From: Mycolicibacterium smegmatis | GTDB lineage: Bacteria > Actinomycetota > Actinomycetes > Mycobacteriales > Mycobacteriaceae | Assembly: GCF_001457595.1 (NCBI RefSeq) | Contig: NZ_LN831039.1 | Coordinates: 4,470,001-4,502,000 of the forward strand | DNA length: 32,000 nt | Direction: 5' to 3' | Shown: positions 27,559-32,000 of the stretch, in pieces | How positions within the stretch are numbered: the first letter of the stretch is position 1 | How the letters are laid out: every line of letters begins with the position of its first letter | The notes under the pieces: model-generated | Told to the model about the DNA's origin: nothing | Database searches by the model: none | Seen by the model: only the letters and a program-made list of their open reading frames with translations | Made by a program: the position numbers and the translations under genes

Positions 27559-27858
27559 CTATCCGACGTTCTCTCGGTTACCCGGGATGGCCGTCCGCGC
27601 CGGCGGCGCGTGGACCGTCGGTGTGTACAGATTTCCCCCGGTCGGGTTGATGCCCTTCTCCGTCGGTGCCGGTGGCGGTACCGACGGAGTCGAAGGTTGT
27701 GTGGTCGTGGTGGTTGTGATGGTCGTGGTCGTCGTAGTTGTCGAAGGCTCATTCGACCCGGTTCCGCCGCAGCCGGCGATCGCTGCGGCCACTCCGGCCA
27801 GCACTGCACCGCCTGCCACGGCGCGCGCGAGGCGTACACGATCAAGGTTTTCCAGCAT
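27559..27858 (-). CDS. Thr-rich putative lipoprotein (99 aa)
   Basis: [32 protein letters not shown] lipobox, then TTTTTTTITTTTTT stretch and PPPAP linker; start at 27858. Confidence 0.7.
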   Translation of the reverse strand: MLENLDRVRLARAVAGGAVLAGVAAAIAGCGGTGSNEPSTTTTTTTITTTTTTQPSTPSVPPPAPTEKGINPTGGNLYTPTVHAPPARTAIPGNRENVG

Positions 27859-28381
27859 GACATCTCCGATCGACTCGGTGTGGTCGCCGCTCCACGGGAT
27901 CGGTGCGGTCCAGGATCGAGATGGCCCCTTTGGCCTCAAGGATCGCCAAATGGACACCCTCGGCGTTCGGATGCCCGTGTTCGCGCAGTACTGCCTCGAT
28001 ATCGGCAACGGTCAGCCCGCCACGGCGCAGATTGCGTCGGCTCACCTCACCTTCTCTGATCAGGACGATCAGCGGTGGATCGATCAACCGGCACAGGGCG
28101 GGTACCAGGCGCAATCGCGCGACAACCGCATGCGCGGCCAACAGGCACACCAGTGCGGCGGTGGCCTGCAGCCATCCGGTGTCCGTGGCGGTGGCGGCGC
28201 GCCCGACGATGGCGCCGGCCGCGACCGCGGCGATCCAGTCGAATGGCGCGAACTCCGCGAGGGTGCGTCGTTCGGTGAACCGGAACAGGATCGCCGCGGT
28301 GATGAACAACGCCGCAGTCTTGACCGCCACGTCCCCGACGGCGGGAACATCACCGAGGAGGACATCCACGATCCGGTTCAC
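27842..28381 (-). CDS. YetF/DUF421 family membrane protein
   Basis: GTG at 28381 overlapping the transaldolase stop; [64 protein letters not shown]. Confidence 0.85.
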   Translation of the reverse strand: MNRIVDVLLGDVPAVGDVAVKTAALFITAAILFRFTERRTLAEFAPFDWIAAVAAGAIVGRAATATDTGWLQATAALVCLLAAHAVVARLRLVPALCRLIDPPLIVLIREGEVSRRNLRRGGLTVADIEAVLREHGHPNAEGVHLAILEAKGAISILDRTDPVERRPHRVDRRCHAGKP

Positions 28382-29490
28382 GGGTGTTCCGTCGATCCGC
28401 GGTACGCATCCAGCAGTTGACGCCACGACGCCGCGAATTTGGCGACGCCGTCCTTCTCCAAGGTCTCGAAGATGTCGGCAAGGTCGACACCCACCGCCCT
28501 GATCTCATCGAGCGTCGCGTGCGCCTGGCCGACATTTCCGGTCACAGCATCGCCGGCGATCACACCATGGTCCGCAACGGCCTCCAGGGTGTGTTCCGGG
28601 ATCGTGCACACGGTGTCCGGCGCGACCAACCCGGTGACGTACATCGTGTCGGGATACGCGGGGTTCTTCACCCCGGTCGACGCCCACAGCGGTCTCTGCA
28701 CGTTGGCACCGGCGGATCTCAATGCGGCATAACGGGTTCCGTCGTGGAAAACGTCCCGAAACACCGCGTACGCCAGGCGTGCATTGGCGAGGGCCGCCTG
28801 CCCCCGCAACGTCAACGCGGTGTCGGTGCCGATCGCCTCCAGCCGCTTGTCGATCTCGGTGTCGACGCGCGAGACGAACAGCGAGGCCACCGAGTGGATT
28901 TCGGAGAGATTGTGCCCGGCGCGCTGTGCGGCCTCCAAGCCGGTGAGGTAGGCATCCATCGCCTGCCGATGCCGTTCGATGGAGAAGATCAGCGTCACGT
29001 TCACCGAGATCCCCTGGGCAACTGTGGCGGTGATGGCTGCCATACCGGCCGTCGTGGCGGGAATCTTGATGAACAGGTTCGGCCGATCAACAATCTTCCA
29101 CAGCTCGGAGGCCTGGCTGACCGTCGTGTCCGCGTCATCCGCCAGTCGAGGATCGACCTCGATCGACACACGTCCGTCCCACCCGCCGGAAGCCTCCCAC
29201 TGCGGGCGCAGAACATCACAGGCGACGCGCACGTCGTCAGTGATCACGGTGCGTATCGCCGAGTCCGGATCGATCCCGTCCCGAGCCAGTACGTTCAACT
29301 GCCGTGTATAGGCCTGCCCATGCGAGATTGCGTTCTGGAAGATCGACGGGTTGGTGGTGACGCCGACGACGCTCCTCGTGTCGATCAAACGCTGCAGATT
29401 GCCCGAGGTCAGGCGGTCACGAGATAAATCGTCCAACCAAACCGAAACCCCCGCAGCCGACAGCGCACTCAGATTCGGGTTCTGTGTCAT
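28378..29490 (-). CDS. tal: Transaldolase
   Basis: [35 protein letters not shown] (Schiff-base Lys), [29 protein letters not shown]. Confidence 0.96.
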   Translation of the reverse strand: MTQNPNLSALSAAGVSVWLDDLSRDRLTSGNLQRLIDTRSVVGVTTNPSIFQNAISHGQAYTRQLNVLARDGIDPDSAIRTVITDDVRVACDVLRPQWEASGGWDGRVSIEVDPRLADDADTTVSQASELWKIVDRPNLFIKIPATTAGMAAITATVAQGISVNVTLIFSIERHRQAMDAYLTGLEAAQRAGHNLSEIHSVASLFVSRVDTEIDKRLEAIGTDTALTLRGQAALANARLAYAVFRDVFHDGTRYAALRSAGANVQRPLWASTGVKNPAYPDTMYVTGLVAPDTVCTIPEHTLEAVADHGVIAGDAVTGNVGQAHATLDEIRAVGVDLADIFETLEKDGVAKFAASWRQLLDAYRGSTEHP

Positions 29491-29645
29491 CGAAGGAGTT
29501 CCAGCGATCGAGGACGCCGCGGGTTCGACATCTTCGCGGCGACGAGCACAGCGGTGAACGCGAGAACCGGCAGGTACGCGGCGACCAGCATCCGCTGGTC
29601 GCGCACCGACACTCGCCCGCGACACCCAGGGCGGCCCTCAGTCAT
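29487..29645 (-). CDS. Small single-TM peptide (52 aa)
   Basis: [52 protein letters not shown], overlapping msrA at one end (8 nt) and tal at the other (ATGA). Confidence 0.55.
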   Translation of the reverse strand: MTEGRPGCRGRVSVRDQRMLVAAYLPVLAFTAVLVAAKMSNPRRPRSLELLR

Positions 29646-30207
29646 GGTGGCTCGCTGTCGCCGACGCCGCGGACACATCGGATCCGCTGTCAGAGGCTGT
29701 CTCTGGGTCTGCCTCGGGGTCCAGGATCCACTCCGGCCGCACCCAGTGGCAGGTGTAGCCACCAGGATTGCGCTGCAGGTAGTCCTGATGTTCCGGTTCG
29801 GCTTCCCAGAACACACCCGCGGGCGTCACTTCGGTGGCCACGGGACCCGGCCACCGTCCCGACGCGTCGATCTCGGCGACGATGTCGAAGGCGACCCGCT
29901 TCTGGTCGTCATCGAGGTAGAAGATCGCCGAACGGTAACTGGACCCCACGTCGTTGCCCTGCCGGTTCTTGGTGGTCGGATCGTGGATCTGGAAGAAGAA
30001 TTCCAACAGCGCCCGGTAATCGGTCTGCTGGGGGTCGTAGGTGATCTCAACCGCCTCGGCGTGTCCGGGATGGTTGCGGTAGGTGGGGTGGTCGTTGTCT
30101 CCCCCGGTGTAACCGACCCGGGTGGAGATCACGCCGGGCAGCGCGCGGATGAGATCTTCCAGTCCCCAGAAACATCCGCCCGCCAGCACTGCAGTATGGG
30201 TTGTCAT
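29638..30207 (-). CDS. msrA: Peptide-methionine (S)-S-oxide reductase
   Basis: [68 protein letters not shown]. Confidence 0.97.
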   Translation of the reverse strand: MTTHTAVLAGGCFWGLEDLIRALPGVISTRVGYTGGDNDHPTYRNHPGHAEAVEITYDPQQTDYRALLEFFFQIHDPTTKNRQGNDVGSSYRSAIFYLDDDQKRVAFDIVAEIDASGRWPGPVATEVTPAGVFWEAEPEHQDYLQRNPGGYTCHWVRPEWILDPEADPETASDSGSDVSAASATASHHD

Positions 30208-30413
30208 GGTTGTACCTCGTTGAGTTGGGAGTCGGTGTGTCGTGTCGAATCGCCGGACGAGTCGAAGAGGCTCAGGTAACGCCCGTATCCCTCGGCTTCC
30301 AGATCGTCGCGGTGGATGAAACGCAGCGACGCTGAGTTGATGCAGTAGCGCAGCCCGCCGTCGGACATCGGGCCGTCGGTGAAGACGTGCCCGAGATGGC
30401 TGTCCCCGTGGCG
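30204..30413 (-). pseudogene. msrB: 3' part of peptide-methionine (R)-S-oxide reductase, disrupted by IS element
   Basis: Reverse-strand translation [69 protein letters not shown]; stop overlaps msrA start (ATGA); open frame ends at the IS edge. Confidence 0.93.
30408..30413. repeat. Direct repeat / target-site duplication, left copy (GTGGCG)
   Basis: Same hexamer at 31977-31982; deleting one copy plus the IS restores the msrB frame. Confidence 0.8.
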
Positions 30414-30445
30414 GAATTTGTCAAGGTGTTTGAGTCCAGTGGGTG

Positions 30446-31459
30446 TTAAGCGGCTTCCGTTTCGGTCTCCTGTTCGGCCGGTTTGGGTGGGTTGATCGCC
30501 GCGGATTCAGGTAGGTCGATGACCTTGGGTGCGGTGTCGCGGCCGAATCGGCGTGGGTGGCGCGCCCTGGCGTCGGCGAGCACGGCTCGGCGCTGGGTGT
30601 CTTTCCCGCCGGCGAGGCCGTAGAACACATCGGCGGGTGTGTGCAGCCCGATGCCGCTGTGGCGGTGTTCATGGTTGTACCACTGCACGAATCGGTCCAT
30701 GAAATCCCTCGCGTGATGGATGGATTCGAAGCGTTCCGGGAACGCCGGCGCATACTTCAAGGTCTTGAACCAGGACTCGCTGTAGGGGTTGTCGTTGGAT
30801 ACCTTGGGCCGCGAATGCGAGCGGATGACGCCCAGATCCGAGAGCAGTCCGGCGACGGTGTTGCTGGTCATCGAGGTGCCCCGATCAGCGTGCACGACGT
30901 GTGGGATGCCGTAGGTGCCGAAGATCTGTTCCATCATCTCCTTGGCCAGCTGGCCGCATTCGCGGGCGTGCACATGGACCCCGACGATGTAACGCGAGTA
31001 AATGTCGATCATCACGTAGGCGTCGTAGTAGACCCCTTTGACCGGGCCGGCCAGTTTGGTGATGTCCCACGAATACACCTGCCGCGGCGCGGTGGCCACC
31101 AGTTCCGGGCAGACCGCTTTGCGGTGCCGGGCCAGCCGACGGCGCTCCTTGACCAGCTTGTTGGCATTGAGGACGCGGTACATCGTCGACACCGAACACA
31201 GGTAGCTGCCTTCATCGAGCAACGTGGCCCACACCTGCATCGGCGCGGCATCGACGAACCGGGCACTGTTGAGCACCTCAACCACCCGGGCGCATTCGGA
31301 CTCGGTGAGCTTGTTGACCGGGACCGGTCGTGGTGCCCGATCGGCAGGCGCCGGCGCGGGTTTGGCGCGTCGAGTGGCCGTCGAGCGGTGCATGCCGGTC
31401 ACCTCCGCGGCCTTGCGGGTCGGAATCTGGATATCCCGCAGATCGTTGTAGGCATCCAT
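30446..31459 (-). CDS. IS3-family transposase OrfB (rve/DDE integrase catalytic domain)
   Basis: [93 protein letters not shown] (DDE). Confidence 0.95.
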   Translation of the reverse strand: MDAYNDLRDIQIPTRKAAEVTGMHRSTATRRAKPAPAPADRAPRPVPVNKLTESECARVVEVLNSARFVDAAPMQVWATLLDEGSYLCSVSTMYRVLNANKLVKERRRLARHRKAVCPELVATAPRQVYSWDITKLAGPVKGVYYDAYVMIDIYSRYIVGVHVHARECGQLAKEMMEQIFGTYGIPHVVHADRGTSMTSNTVAGLLSDLGVIRSHSRPKVSNDNPYSESWFKTLKYAPAFPERFESIHHARDFMDRFVQWYNHEHRHSGIGLHTPADVFYGLAGGKDTQRRAVLADARARHPRRFGRDTAPKVIDLPESAAINPPKPAEQETETEAA

Positions 31460-31887
31460 CAGCGCTTGGTCGGCGGCGTGTCGGTGTCCGCGCTCTCGGA
31501 GAGAGACTCCAAGAGCGCGTGTGCTTTTCCCATGATCCCCAGGGCAGCCTCGGTGGTCGCCAGCCGATTATTGGCCTGGGCGAGTTCCTTTTTCAGGCGG
31601 GCGATCTCGGCCTGCTCGCGGGTGAGTTTACCGACCTTCTCCCCAGGTGCCTTGCCTTCCAACACCCCAGCATCGCGTTGTTTGCGCCACTCGGCGATCT
31701 GCGAGGAATACAACCCCTCACCGCGCAGGTACGCCCCACCATCGTTGGTCGTACAGGCCTGCTCATAGGCATCCAGGTGGGCCAGCTTCTGCGCCGGAGA
31801 AATCGAGCGCCGCCGGCGCGGGCCATCAGATCGCGGTGAAGGTGCCACCGCTCCAGTCTCGCGCACAGCAGCCATCGTCGTCGTCAT
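31459..31887 (-). CDS. IS3-family transposase OrfA (HTH/leucine-zipper protein)
   Basis: RRRRSISPAQKLAHLDAYEQACTT...GLYSSQIAEWRKQRDAG...LTREQAEIARLKKELAQANNRLATTEAALGIMGKAHALLESLSESA; stop overlaps OrfB start as TGATG. Confidence 0.9.
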   Translation of the reverse strand: MTTTMAAVRETGAVAPSPRSDGPRRRRSISPAQKLAHLDAYEQACTTNDGGAYLRGEGLYSSQIAEWRKQRDAGVLEGKAPGEKVGKLTREQAEIARLKKELAQANNRLATTEAALGIMGKAHALLESLSESADTDTPPTKR

Positions 31888-31976
31888 GGTTCAGGTGATT
31901 CCGTTCTCGCCCCGAGATCAAGCCAAGTTGCCAAGTTGCTAAGTACCAGTGGACTCAACTCACCCTGACACCCAGG

Positions 31977-32000
31977 GTGGCGTGAACGAACTTCGGTGCG
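31977..32000 (-). pseudogene. msrB: 5'-side fragment of the interrupted msrB, running off the window
   Basis: Reverse strand cgc acc gaa gtt cgt tca cgc cac = RTEVRSRH, the canonical MsrB stretch immediately preceding GDSHLGHV. Confidence 0.88.

Larger units (their letters stand above)
30414..31976 (-). mobile_element. Complete IS3-family insertion sequence (~1.56 kb) inserted in msrB
   Basis: Imperfect inverted repeats TGTCAAGGTG-TTTGAGTCCAGTGG (30419-30442) and reverse complement of 31946-31970 (TGTCAGGGTGAGTTGAGTCCACTGG), two transposase ORFs, flanking 6-bp direct repeat GTGGCG (30408-30413, 31977-31982). Confidence 0.88.

Noticed and set aside
27690-27760. Microsatellite-like GTG/GTT repeat
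   Set aside because: It encodes the Thr-rich linker of the putative lipoprotein; codon-level low complexity explains it.
1-32000. tRNA/rRNA genes, prophage or a classical defence system (restriction-modification, TA, CBASS etc.)
   Set aside because: No sequence resembling tRNA/rRNA, and no nuclease, methyltransferase, toxin or phage structural signature was recognised in the translations. The only mobile element seen is the IS3-family copy.

Overview
High-GC actinobacterial window, mycobacterium-like (MmpL transporter, PASTA-type bifunctional PBP, F420-type LLM enzymes, excalibur and 'CDGP-like' small secreted proteins). From left to right: an SDR; mmpL; a class A PBP with a poly-proline tail; a six-gene operon joined by 4-nt overlaps (oligopeptide-type ABC importer, DszA/NtaA-like FMN monooxygenase, DszC-like acyl-CoA-dehydrogenase-fold oxidoreductase); an amidohydrolase plus PEP-mutase/isocitrate-lyase-fold enzyme preceded by a perfect 16-bp-arm hairpin; LysR; an excalibur peptide; an isochorismatase-like hydrolase; a divergent MerR/LLM pair; a small basic protein directly behind a near-consensus LexA/SOS box; and an alcohol dehydrogenase coupled to a PhnX-like HAD hydrolase. 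The right third is the most interesting part. An ECF sigma factor without a visible anti-sigma gene and several small membrane proteins lie downstream of a compact minus-strand gene array: msrB-msrA-small TM-transaldolase-YetF-like-lipoprotein-SUOX-like molybdoenzyme-FAD reductase-CxxC protein-small TM-DUF417/RclC-like. I read this as a candidate oxidative / reactive-chlorine / methionine-sulfoxide stress island. Its first visible gene, msrB, is split by an intact IS3-family element. The two msrB halves can be rejoined in frame (RTEVRSRH^GDSHLGH) across a 6-bp direct repeat, GTGGCG.
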